Of a DNA stretch of 60,127 nucleotides, positions 25,953 through 34,963 are shown one piece after another. This DNA comes from Desulfobaccales bacterium (GTDB taxonomy: Bacteria; Desulfobacterota; Desulfobaccia; Desulfobaccales; 0-14-0-80-60-11): positions 1 through 60,127 of the forward strand of contig JBAVUP010000162.1 in NCBI GenBank assembly GCA_049696835.1, written 5' to 3'. Position 1 is the stretch's first letter, and every line of letters begins with the position of its first letter. The position numbers were made by a program, and so were the translations under genes. A model generated the notes under the pieces. The model ran no database searches. It was not told where the DNA came from and worked only from the letters and a program-made list of their open reading frames with translations.

Positions 25953-26936
25953 ATGCAGACGGCTAAAAAGGAATTTCTGGCCAACGAATCGGGCGGGGTA
26001 GCGGTCTATATGGCGCTCGGCCTGGTGGTATTATTGGCTTGTGCGGCCCTGGCCCTGGACATCTCCCACATGGTGTCCGTGAAACGGGACTTGACCAAGG
26101 CGGCCGAAGCCGGGGCCCTGGCGGGAGCCCGGGGACTTTGGCCGACCATCCTCCCGTCAACCTCCGCCAGTCGAAGCCCCGATTGTACCGCGGCCCAAAC
26201 CTGGGCCCTCAATGCCGCGACCGGCAATCAGGTGGATAACACCAATCTGACCCCCGGCGAAGTAACGGTGGAGGTGGGGCAATGGAATTACACCACCAGT
26301 CAGTTTACTCCCGGGGTGAACGCCAGTGCCAACGGCGTCCGGGTGACTGTCCGCCGGGACCAGGTACCCATGATTTTTGCCAAAATCATCGGACAATATT
26401 ACCGCAATATGGGTGCCACCGCCACCGCCATCATGGACTTTGCCGATGCCGTCGGCCAGGGAACCCTCCCCATTGCCATCAATCAACCTTTTACGGATCC
26501 CGGCACCTCCCTGTTCATCAACTTTACCCCTGATCCCTATGACACCGGCGGTTGGTTCGCCAACCCGCCCGACACCGCCAATGCCAGGACTTTCAGCGAC
26601 TATATTAACAATGCCGCCTGTGAGCCGCTGCATGTGGGGGATATCATCAACCTGCAAAACGGCAATGATACTTCGTGCCTGAATGACTTGAAGGCCAAAC
26701 TGGCACAACAACCCGAAGGACATCTGGACACCTTGCTGCCAGTGGTGAATACGGACAAATTTAACCAGAATGAACCTATTGTGGGGTTCGTGCCCTTCCG
26801 GATTACTGTCGTTCGAAGCAGTGGGAACCCCAAAGGGGTCTGGGGCACGGTGATCAGCCTGGCGGAGATGCAGAGTGCCCTCCCCGGCGGGGGCGGCAAC
26901 TATGGGGGCCTGGCGCCCCCCAAGCTGGTGCAATAA
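25953..26936 (+). CDS. TadG-related (TadE/G-like N-domain) pseudopilin-type protein, copy 1
   Basis: N-terminus ESGGVAVYMALGLVVLLACAALALDISH is typical of the Flp pilus-assembly TadE/G-like domain. About 80% identical to 27772-28752. Confidence 0.8.
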   Translation: MQTAKKEFLANESGGVAVYMALGLVVLLACAALALDISHMVSVKRDLTKAAEAGALAGARGLWPTILPSTSASRSPDCTAAQTWALNAATGNQVDNTNLTPGEVTVEVGQWNYTTSQFTPGVNASANGVRVTVRRDQVPMIFAKIIGQYYRNMGATATAIMDFADAVGQGTLPIAINQPFTDPGTSLFINFTPDPYDTGGWFANPPDTANARTFSDYINNAACEPLHVGDIINLQNGNDTSCLNDLKAKLAQQPEGHLDTLLPVVNTDKFNQNEPIVGFVPFRITVVRSSGNPKGVWGTVISLAEMQSALPGGGGNYGGLAPPKLVQ

Positions 26937-27300
26937 GCTTAAGCGCACTGCTTGATTCCCGGCACCCCGGATCGACCATACGTCACCAGACCCGTCAGGC
27001 TGAGCGCCGCGCAGAATCTGGTCATCGCCTAGCCAGGTGGAATTATAGACCTTTATTATCCTCGCCAAGATTTCAGGTTTCACGGCCCGCCAAAATCAGG
27101 GATTCCCCGATGGCCAGACTCTAGCCGGATGGAGTAGATTTTTCCCCACAGTATCTGCCGTTCGACTGGCCGGTACCTCCGGCAGGCGAACCACCCGGAT
27201 CGGCAGAAAATATTGGCACGATTTTCCGAGGTGATCCATGCGATTCAAGATATTTTCTGACCCGCAGCGGTGAAGGCGGGCCGAACGCGGCGGGGTCGCC

Positions 27301-27747
27301 GTGGAATTTGCCGTCATTTTGCCGGTGCTGGTGTTGCTGGTATTTGGCATCATTGACTTCGGCCATGCCTGGTACTTGCGACACATGATGTCCGACGCCT
27401 GCCGGGAAGGCGCCCGCTACGGCAGTCGATACAAAACCGATGCCGCCAATCACCGGATCCTGCCAAGTAATTTAAACCCCACCGTAACCGACTATATCCT
27501 CAACACCTCGGCCGAAAATGGCGGCAAGGGCGGCTGGGGGTTGACCGATCTTCTCCCGACGGATGCCAGCCCCACGGTCGCCTTAAGCGGGCTGGCCGCC
27601 ACGCAATCCAATCCATCCATTTTAGCGGGGGAGGATTTGACCGTCACGGTCAATGCCCAGAAAACCTGGTTCATTCTGGGCTCGCTCATCCCCGGCTTTG
27701 GCAGCAGTGCCAATCTGTCAGTCACCACTACCATGACCTGTGAGTAA
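27301..27747 (+). CDS. TadE-like protein (leader interrupted by an in-frame TGA)
   Basis: VEFAVILPVLVLLVFGIIDFGHAWY TadE motif. An upstream in-frame ATG at 27238 has GAGGTGA before it, but a TGA sits at 27271-27273. Confidence 0.7.
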   Translation: MEFAVILPVLVLLVFGIIDFGHAWYLRHMMSDACREGARYGSRYKTDAANHRILPSNLNPTVTDYILNTSAENGGKGGWGLTDLLPTDASPTVALSGLAATQSNPSILAGEDLTVTVNAQKTWFILGSLIPGFGSSANLSVTTTMTCE

Positions 27748-27771
27748 CTCGAGAGGACCAAGAGGCGGCTT

Positions 27772-28752
27772 ATGCAGACGGCTAAAAAGGGATTTCTTGC
27801 CAACGAGTCAGGCGGAGTGGCGGTTTATGTGGCCCTCGGCCTGGTGGTGCTATTGGGTTGCGTGGCCCTGGCCCTGGACATCGCCCACCTGGTGTCCGTG
27901 AAACGGGAATTGGCCAAAGCGGCCGAAGCCGGGGCCCTGGCGGGAGCCCGGGGACTGTGGCCGACCATCCTCCCGGCCGTCTCCGGGAATCGGACTCCCG
28001 ATGGTACCACGGCCCAAACCCGGGCCCTCAATGCCGCGACCGGCAATCAGGTGGATAACACCAACCTGGCGGCCAGCGAAGTGACGGTGGAGGTGGGGCA
28101 ATGGAATTACCCCACCAGACAGTTTACCGCGGGGTATAGCGCCAATGCCAACGCCGTCCGGGTGACTACCCGCAGGGCCAATGTGCCGATGATTTTTACC
28201 AAAATCTTCGGAGAGTATTACCGTAATATGAGTGCCGGCGCCATCGCCATCATGGACTTTGCCAATGCTGTCGGCCAGGGAACCCTCCCCATTGCCATCA
28301 ATAAAGACTATACGGTTCCCGGCACGGTCCTCTTCATCAACTTCACCCCCGATCCTCTGGATAACGGCGGTTGGTTTGCCGACCCCCCCGACAGGGCCTC
28401 TGCCAGCACCTTTATCAGCTATATTAACAATGCTGCCTGTCCGCCGCTGCATGTCGGTGATCCGATCAACCTGCAAAATGGCAACGACACCTCGGTCCTG
28501 GGTGACTTGAATACGAAACTGCAACAACAACCCGAGGGATATCTGGATACCTTGCTACCGGTGGTGAATACGGATAAATTTAATCAAATCGAACCTATTA
28601 TGGCCTTCGTGCCCTTCCGGATTACTTCCGTGCGAAGCAGTGGGAACCCCAAGGGGGTCTGGGGCACGGTGATCAGCCTGACGGAAATGCAGAGCGCCCT
28701 GCCCGGCGGGGGGAATTATGGCGGTCTGGCGCCCCCGAAGTTGGTGCAATAA
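27772..28752 (+). CDS. TadG-related pseudopilin-type protein, copy 2
   Basis: Same architecture as copy 1. Confidence 0.8.
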   Translation: MQTAKKGFLANESGGVAVYVALGLVVLLGCVALALDIAHLVSVKRELAKAAEAGALAGARGLWPTILPAVSGNRTPDGTTAQTRALNAATGNQVDNTNLAASEVTVEVGQWNYPTRQFTAGYSANANAVRVTTRRANVPMIFTKIFGEYYRNMSAGAIAIMDFANAVGQGTLPIAINKDYTVPGTVLFINFTPDPLDNGGWFADPPDRASASTFISYINNAACPPLHVGDPINLQNGNDTSVLGDLNTKLQQQPEGYLDTLLPVVNTDKFNQIEPIMAFVPFRITSVRSSGNPKGVWGTVISLTEMQSALPGGGNYGGLAPPKLVQ

Positions 28753-29050
28753 GGTCTTTCGCGGCGCGGCTTGAATCCCGGCGCCCGGGGCCGTCCACCC
28801 GGCCGCGCCCCGAGACCAAGGGGTTCGGAGCCGCCCCCATCCTGGGGGACAGCTCCCCCTGCTGTCGGCGAGGCGCCTCGACCCGGCCCTTGCCTCGCAA
28901 ATTTGACCCGTCTGCCTCCTCACCTCCCGGCGGCCTCCGCCTGCCTTTGGAACTGGCAACCAGCAGAACATAAAAAACGATCAAGCCTAAGAGCTTCATT
29001 GCCTGGCCCGCGTCATGTCGGCCTCGCCGATTTACTCCTGAATTAAGGCG

Positions 29051-30235
29051 TTATTGGATTAATTGCACATGCGCCTTACCGGCGGGCAGCGAGGTTACAG
29101 GATAATTTGCGCCATTAAAGCTCCCGGAACCGTTAACTGTCACTTTGTTCCCAATAATGCGACCATGGAAATTCATGGAACCATTGATTTTTATCGTTCC
29201 GTTAGGAGCATATAGAATAGCGCTGGAGTCATTACCGATAAAACTTGCACCATTAATTGTAATATTGCCATTTTCTGAATAAAGGCAAACCTGATTTGAA
29301 CCGCTGATACTCGTTGAGCCATTTATAGTGATATTCCCAGTTGCCAAAATTGCCCCGGTACTGTTAATAGATCCATTTAAGGTTACCTTACCATTTACAA
29401 AGATATTGCCATCGACATTTACACTACCATTAAAAGTTTGGTTGGAATTATAAACCTGTGTCGCCATATCGGCTATCTGTTGGCTATAATCGGGCATGGC
29501 AATATTACTGGCGCCCCCTAATTGCTCGCCTATGTTATTAGCACCATTTACGTGGATGTTGTCTACCGTATCGGCGACCACCGAGCCGATGTTACTGGAG
29601 CCATTTATATTTACCCCATGCGCCCCTTCCGCGGCTCCCGAAATATTCGAGCTGCCGTTCATGGATAATTTATAATTTGCATGGACCGACCCTTGGATGG
29701 TTTGCGAGCCGTTCAGCGATAAGGTGTTGCTCGGACTGCCGGAAAAAATCGTATAATTGAACGGCCCGCCCGCGCTCCCGGGCTTCAAGATGGCTTCGGC
29801 GGAGGCGGCCACCGTAACCGTGTTAAAGCCAAACAGACCCATGAAAAAGGTGGGCACATTTTGGGTCATGCTACAGTTGATTTCCGGGTTATTCCCCGGA
29901 TTTTTCACCGCATTCTGAGTGAAGGTGATGGTGGCCAGGTTCGGGTTAAAGTTATTCAGGGTGATCAGCGATCTGGCTTGCGCGGTCGCCTGGGTGGTAT
30001 TGGGCAATGCCAGCCCGCCCCCGGCGACGGCGGCGTCCACCGCATTTTGCATCCTCGTCTTGATGACATAGAGATTGCCGATGTCCAGGGCAAGTCCGCC
30101 AAACCCCATGAGCACGGAGAACATTAAGGCCACCGTGACCATGATGGAGCCTTGTTGGTTTTCCCAAAAACGTCTCATGCCTGCTCGTCCCTTTGGATCG
30201 CGGCAATCAGGGCTGTTGGGGGGAAAGTACCTCAT
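29051..30235 (-). CDS. TadG-related protein with a C-terminal N/G/S-rich beta-helix-like repeat domain
   Basis: TadE/G-like N-domain (GSIMVTVALMFSVLMGFGGLALDIGN). The C-terminal half is built of INGS/VNGS/LNGS repeats. The start overlaps the tadE-like stop (TAATG); an alternative ATG lies at 30178. Confidence 0.8.
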   Translation of the reverse strand: MRYFPPNSPDCRDPKGRAGMRRFWENQQGSIMVTVALMFSVLMGFGGLALDIGNLYVIKTRMQNAVDAAVAGGGLALPNTTQATAQARSLITLNNFNPNLATITFTQNAVKNPGNNPEINCSMTQNVPTFFMGLFGFNTVTVAASAEAILKPGSAGGPFNYTIFSGSPSNTLSLNGSQTIQGSVHANYKLSMNGSSNISGAAEGAHGVNINGSSNIGSVVADTVDNIHVNGANNIGEQLGGASNIAMPDYSQQIADMATQVYNSNQTFNGSVNVDGNIFVNGKVTLNGSINSTGAILATGNITINGSTSISGSNQVCLYSENGNITINGASFIGNDSSAILYAPNGTIKINGSMNFHGRIIGNKVTVNGSGSFNGANYPVTSLPAGKAHVQLIQ

Positions 30236-30633
30236 TATTCCACCCGCATGATGGTGGTTCCCGTCACCGTGAAGGGATTACTGGGGAAAAAGGCACTGAT
30301 GATCGGGGTGAAAAGTTGTACCGGAGTGGTGACGGTTATGGTGACGTTCGATTGGGATGCCGGGGGCCAAGGGGTAGGTGGCGTGAAATGTAGCTGATTA
30401 CCGAAGTTTTGAATGGCGGTGGTAACCTCCTGAAGAGTGCCCCCGACCGCGGCTACCCGCGCCCCTTCCCGGGACGCTTCGTTGACCACGTGCAATTCAT
30501 GATAGGCATGCCCAATGTCCATGATCCCGCCGACGATTAAGAGCAGGATGGGCAGAATTATCGCAAATTCCACCGCGGTCGCACCCTCGGTACGCCGCAG
30601 GACACCGTGCTTGCCACGTTGAGACCGCCTCAT
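30235..30633 (-). CDS. TadE-like protein
   Basis: MRRSQRG...GATAVEFAIILPILLLIVGGIMDIGHAY. Confidence 0.8.
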   Translation of the reverse strand: MRRSQRGKHGVLRRTEGATAVEFAIILPILLLIVGGIMDIGHAYHELHVVNEASREGARVAAVGGTLQEVTTAIQNFGNQLHFTPPTPWPPASQSNVTITVTTPVQLFTPIISAFFPSNPFTVTGTTIMRVE

Positions 30634-31068
30634 CGTTTACCCCCTTCCTTTTCTTAAAGGCATGCTCCAGGAATCCGACCAGGGTGGCGTGGGAGGGAGC
30701 ACTGGTCGCCACGCCGGTATGAAATTCATGGTCATCCTGAGCTCAGATGGTCTAAATTCTTTGCGGCCTTGCGCCTTGCAAATGACCATGAAGAAATCTC
30801 TCCAATCCTTAATAAGCTTTATCCTGTTCTGATTAATATGTCAGATAAGCATAACGAGCCATCGGGGGAACTACTGAAAGCTGGGTTCGGATTTTCTGAT
30901 TTGTCGATAAGGACCCAGGGGGCCAAGGCGGACCCAAAGGGACGGGAGGAGATTCTACCGGGGCTTTGGCGGCGCTCCGACCTTCCAGGCGAATGAGCCG
31001 CACCCCCCCAGCCGGTTTCGCCGGATGGCGTCTTGACAATGGCACCGAGGCGGTATATGTAGGGACTT

Positions 31069-32727
31069 GTGAAAAGCAAAATCATTTTTATTACCGGTGG
31101 GGTGCTGTCCTCGCTGGGCAAAGGGGTGGCAGCCGCGGCCATCGGCGCCTTGTTGGAATCCCGGGGGCTCCGGGTCACCTTTCAGAAGCTGGACCCCTAT
31201 ATCAATGTGGACCCCGGCACCATGAATCCCTTCCAACACGGCGAGGTTTTCGTCACCGAAGACGGCGCGGAAACCGACCTGGATCTGGGGCATTACGAAC
31301 GCTACACCTCGGTCACCCTGAGCCAGCAACACAACTTCACTTCCGGACGCATCTATCACAACGTCATCACCAAGGAACGCCGGGGCGACTATCTCGGCGG
31401 CACTGTCCAGGTCATCCCCCATATCACCGACGAAATCAAGCAATCCATCATGAAGGTGGCCCCCTCCGCGGATGTGGCCATCATTGAGATCGGCGGCACC
31501 GTGGGCGATATCGAAAGCCTGCCCTTCCTGGAGGCCATTCGCCAACTCAAGGGGGACCTGGGCAAAGATAACGTCTGCTACATCCACCTGACCTTAGTGC
31601 CGTTTATCAAGAGCGCCGGCGAAGTCAAGACCAAGCCCACCCAGCACAGCGTCAAGGAGCTGCGCTCCATCGGCATCCAGCCCGACATCCTCCTGTGCCG
31701 CACCGAAAAGCTCCTCAGCCGGGATATCAAGGCCAAGATCGCCCTCTTCTGCAACGTGGAGCCCGGGGCGGTGATCACGGCCCAGGATGTGGACAACATC
31801 TACGAAATTCCCCTGCTGCTGCACGAAGAAGGCCTGGATGACCGCCTGGTGGAGACCCTCAATATCTGGACCCGGGCCCCCCGGCTCGAGGTCTGGCAAA
31901 ATCTGACGGCTCGCATCAAGAATCCCAAGGACCGGGTGGAAATCGGTATCGTCGGCAAGTACGTGGATTTGCGGGAGTCCTACAAGAGCCTGCACGAGGC
32001 CCTGGTGCACGGCGGCCTGGCCAACGAAGTCCAGGTGGCCCTCACCTATATCGACTCGGAACGGGTGGAGCGGGAAGGTCCTGAAGGTCTCCTGGGACAC
32101 CTCCACGGCATTCTGGTCCCCGGGGGCTTCGGGGTCCGGGGCGTCGAGGGCAAGATCCTGGCCATCCGCTATGCCCGGGAGCAGCACGTGCCCTACTTCG
32201 GCATCTGCTTCGGCATGCAACTGGCGGTCATCGAGTTCGCCCGCCAGGTGGCCGCCATCCCCGGGGCCACCAGCGAAGAGTTCGACCCCGAAGCCGAGCA
32301 TCCCGTCATCTACCTGATGCGGGAGTGGTATGATTACCGCAAGGACGCCATTATCCGCCGGGACCGGGCCGCGGACAAAGGCGGCACCATGCGCCTCGGG
32401 GCCTACCCGTGCGTTCTCAAAGAAGGCTCCCTGGCCGGCACCGCTTACGACTGCACCGAAATCATGGAGCGGCATCGCCACCGCTATGAGTTCAACAACC
32501 AGTACCGGGAGCAATTTCAGAACGCTGGCCTGGCCATTACCGGCACTTCCCCCAACGGCGAGCTGGTGGAAATCGTGGAGTTCGGCGACCATCCCTGGTT
32601 CCTGGGATGCCAGTTCCACCCGGAATTCAAATCCCGGCCCCTGGCCCCCCACCCCCTGTTCCGGGACTATATCCGGGCCTGCCTGGACTATAAGCGCCAC
32701 CTGTCCCACCCCGGCGGGGAGATTTAG
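31069..32727 (+). CDS. pyrG: CTP synthase
   Basis: [15 protein letters not shown]-terminus and a glutamine amidotransferase domain with GICFGMQ. GTG start. Confidence 0.95.
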   Translation: MKSKIIFITGGVLSSLGKGVAAAAIGALLESRGLRVTFQKLDPYINVDPGTMNPFQHGEVFVTEDGAETDLDLGHYERYTSVTLSQQHNFTSGRIYHNVITKERRGDYLGGTVQVIPHITDEIKQSIMKVAPSADVAIIEIGGTVGDIESLPFLEAIRQLKGDLGKDNVCYIHLTLVPFIKSAGEVKTKPTQHSVKELRSIGIQPDILLCRTEKLLSRDIKAKIALFCNVEPGAVITAQDVDNIYEIPLLLHEEGLDDRLVETLNIWTRAPRLEVWQNLTARIKNPKDRVEIGIVGKYVDLRESYKSLHEALVHGGLANEVQVALTYIDSERVEREGPEGLLGHLHGILVPGGFGVRGVEGKILAIRYAREQHVPYFGICFGMQLAVIEFARQVAAIPGATSEEFDPEAEHPVIYLMREWYDYRKDAIIRRDRAADKGGTMRLGAYPCVLKEGSLAGTAYDCTEIMERHRHRYEFNNQYREQFQNAGLAITGTSPNGELVEIVEFGDHPWFLGCQFHPEFKSRPLAPHPLFRDYIRACLDYKRHLSHPGGEI

Positions 32728-32732
32728 AAGAG

Positions 32733-32762
32733 AGCTTTCAGCCGTCAGCCATCAGCTATCAG
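32733..32762. repeat. Tandem heptamer array
   Basis: agctttc agccgtc agccatc agctatc ag, directly after the pyrG stop. Confidence 0.7.
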
Positions 32763-32974
32763 TTTTTTCCCGGGAACAGCCGGGGACAGCTGTTCCACAT
32801 ATTCTCTTTAATTTGACAACGTCCTTATTTTCGGCCGATTTTGTGGCGGCCGGGGACGGCCGCCCTACCAAACCCCTTTAACCGGTGGGGCGGGCCTCCG
32901 TGCCCGCCATCAAATTGCTTTCATCGGTCGTAGCTAAATGTAGGGTGCGCACTGCGCACCATTCTTCTTCAAGC

Positions 32975-33817
32975 ATGAGCATCCGCATGAATAATCCCGT
33001 GGCGATCGCCGACTTTTGGGTGGGTAAAGGTGATTTGGTCATGATCGCCGGGCCCTGTGTCATTGAGTCCGCCGAGACTACCCTGGCCATCGCCCGGACC
33101 CTGCGGGACTACGCCCGGGAACTGGCCCTGCCCCTGATTTTCAAGGCCTCCTACGACAAGGCCAACCGCACCGCCCTGACCTCCTTCCGGGGTCCCGGCC
33201 TGGCAGCCGGGCTGGAAATCCTGGCCCGGGTGAAAAGCGAGGTGGGCCTGCCGGTCCTCTCGGACGTCCATCAGGTCTCCGAAGTGGAGCCCGCCGCAAA
33301 GGTTCTGGACGTCCTCCAGATCCCGGCCTTTCTCTGCCGCCAGACCGACCTGCTCGTGGCCGCGGCCCGCACCGGCAAGGTGGTCAATGTCAAGAAAGGC
33401 CAGTTTCTGGCCCCCTGGGACCTGGGCCCGGTGGTGGACAAGGTCTTGGCCACCGGCAACCATAAAGTCTTGCTCACCGAACGGGGCGCCATGTTCGGCT
33501 ACAACAACCTGGTGGTGGACTTCCGCAGCCTGCCCATTCTGCGGAGTTTGGGGTGTCCGGTGGTCCTGGACGTGACCCACAGCGTCCAACTTCCCGGCGG
33601 CCAGGGAGAGTGCTCCGGCGGCCAACGGGAGTATATCCCCCTGCTGGCCCGGGCCGGGGTGGCCGCGGGGGTGGACGCCCTGTTCCTGGAGGTCCATCCC
33701 GACCCGGAGCACGCCTTATGCGACGGCCCCAATTCCCTGCCCCTGGCCGAAGTCCTGCCCCTGTGGCGCCGCCTGCAGGCGCTGCATCAGTTGGTCCGGC
33801 ATCAGGAAGCAAGCTAA
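32975..33817 (+). CDS. kdsA: 3-deoxy-8-phosphooctulonate (KDO8P) synthase
   Basis: IAGPCVIES, FKASYDKANR, QIPAFLCRQTDL and DVTHSVQ motifs. Confidence 0.92.
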   Translation: MSIRMNNPVAIADFWVGKGDLVMIAGPCVIESAETTLAIARTLRDYARELALPLIFKASYDKANRTALTSFRGPGLAAGLEILARVKSEVGLPVLSDVHQVSEVEPAAKVLDVLQIPAFLCRQTDLLVAAARTGKVVNVKKGQFLAPWDLGPVVDKVLATGNHKVLLTERGAMFGYNNLVVDFRSLPILRSLGCPVVLDVTHSVQLPGGQGECSGGQREYIPLLARAGVAAGVDALFLEVHPDPEHALCDGPNSLPLAEVLPLWRRLQALHQLVRHQEAS

Positions 33818-33842
33818 CCACCAATTAAGCGGTCATCTTTAT

Positions 33843-34050
33843 TTGGTAGCCGCAGGCCTTAGCGTGAAAAACTTCAAATCCCCCTAAATCCTCCTTCTCC
33901 AAAGGGGGACTTTAAACCCCCCTTTGAAAAAGGGGGGCAGGGGGGATTTCTCATCCTCGGGGGTGAAACATTTGTGATTCATGTGCGTCTAGCCTGCGTA
34001 GCGCCAACCTAAGGAAAAAGCCACGCAGCCTAAAGGCTGCGGCTACCAAA
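33843..34050. repeat. MITE-like element with terminal inverted repeats, containing family A repeats
   Basis: tttggtagccgcag at 33843-33856 matches the reverse complement of 34037-34050. The interior holds two REP-like units (33876-33949). Confidence 0.5.
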
Positions 34051-34129
34051 GATTTCTTTAGAAAATGTTTAACCTGATAGATTTCTCCGCATAATCACTG
34101 CCGCTAAAACCGTATCAAAGGATTTAGAT

Positions 34130-34684
34130 TTGGACTTACCGACATATCCCGAAGAAGTCTGGTCCCGGGCCCGCCTCGTGCGGCTGTTGATCCTCGACAT
34201 AGACGGGGTTCTCACGGACGGCAGCCTCTATTTCGACGCCAAGGGGGAAACCCTTAAGGTCTTTCACGTCCGGGACGGCCACGGCATCAAGATGGCCCAA
34301 CGGGGCGGCCTCGAAGTGGCCCTGGTGAGCGGCCGGCGCTCCGACGCCGCCTTTCACCGGGCCCGGGAGCTGGACATCAACCGCTTCTATGAAGGCGTCC
34401 GGGACAAGGTGGCCATCCTGGAAGAACTCCTGGCGGCCCTGAATCTCACTCCCACGGAGGTGGCGGCGGTGGGGGATGAGTTGGTGGACCTGCCCCTGTT
34501 CCATCGGGTGGGCCTGGGGGTGGCGGTGGCGGATGCGGTCCCGGAACTCAAGGCCGCGGCCCACTGGGTGACGACGCTGCCGGGGGGTAAAGGCGCGGTC
34601 CGGGAGGTCTGCGACCTGCTCCTCAAGGCCCGGGGCGTCTGGGAGGAACTCCTCCGCCCCTGGCAGAAGCCGGACGCCGAGTAA
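34130..34684 (+). CDS. kdsC: KDO 8-phosphate phosphatase (HAD-IIIA)
   Basis: LILDIDGVLTDG, HVRDGHGIK and GDELVDLP motifs. Confidence 0.88.
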   Translation: MDLPTYPEEVWSRARLVRLLILDIDGVLTDGSLYFDAKGETLKVFHVRDGHGIKMAQRGGLEVALVSGRRSDAAFHRARELDINRFYEGVRDKVAILEELLAALNLTPTEVAAVGDELVDLPLFHRVGLGVAVADAVPELKAAAHWVTTLPGGKGAVREVCDLLLKARGVWEELLRPWQKPDAE

Positions 34685-34800
34685 GCTTATAGGGCGTGCC
34701 GTGCACGCCGAATTATGGCGGCCATGGGCCGCCCTATAAAACTATAAACCTGCCACCAGTATTGCGTTTCAGGAAAACTTCCAAAAGAAAAACCTCTTGT

Positions 34801-34905
34801 TCCCTCCCCCTTGATGGGGGAGGGTTAGGGTGGGGGTGACAAAACCATGAACAGATACAACGCCTTATCCCCCTCCCCCTAACCCCCTCCCACCAGGGGA
34901 GGGGA
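34801..34905. repeat. Family B composite double-hairpin element (inverted relative to 10071-10173)
   Basis: tccctcccccttgatgggggagggttagggtgggggtga ... ccccctccccctaaccccctcccaccaggggagggga. Confidence 0.75.
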
Positions 34906-34963
34906 AATTTTAAGGCCAAAACTTCTTGAAGCTACCTCTGAAACCCGATACTAAAATTGCCCC

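Noticed and set aside
27201-27220. TTGGCACGATTTTCCG as a sigma-54 promoter upstream of the tadE-like gene (rpoN is in this window)
   Set aside because: The -24 element is good, but the -12 element (TCCG versus TTGC) matches at only one of four positions. The site also lies only about 15 nt from the ribosome-binding site. The duplicated copy 1 lacks it.
27271-27303. Selenocysteine recoding of the in-frame TGA (a 7 bp hairpin with a GGGU loop lies 13 nt downstream)
   Set aside because: A Sec residue in a cleaved prepilin-type leader has no plausible function. The hairpin is an unremarkable GC stem, and no Cys-containing homologous position is seen in the paralog. Kept only as a remote alternative within the TGA finding.
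28673-28999. 108 aa minus-strand ORF with a signal-like start (MKLLGLIVFYVLLVASS) in the gap between the convergent Tad units
   Set aside because: After 20 residues it becomes an R/G/P-rich, low-complexity translation of GC-rich intergenic DNA, and it overlaps the end of the TadG-like gene. A short secreted peptide cannot be excluded but is unsupported.
31033-31061. TTGACA-15/17 nt-TATATG/TATGTA as a pyrG promoter giving a leaderless mRNA
   Set aside because: The hexamer and spacing combinations are poor. An AGGGA ribosome-binding site lies between it and the GTG start, which argues for a conventional leader transcribed from further upstream.
30634-31068. An Flp-type pilin micro-ORF upstream of the minus-strand tadE-tadG unit
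   Set aside because: Translation of the minus strand gives only a 33 aa ORF (MTMNFIPAWRPVLPP...) with no G/xxxxEY-type Flp motif or hydrophobic helix.
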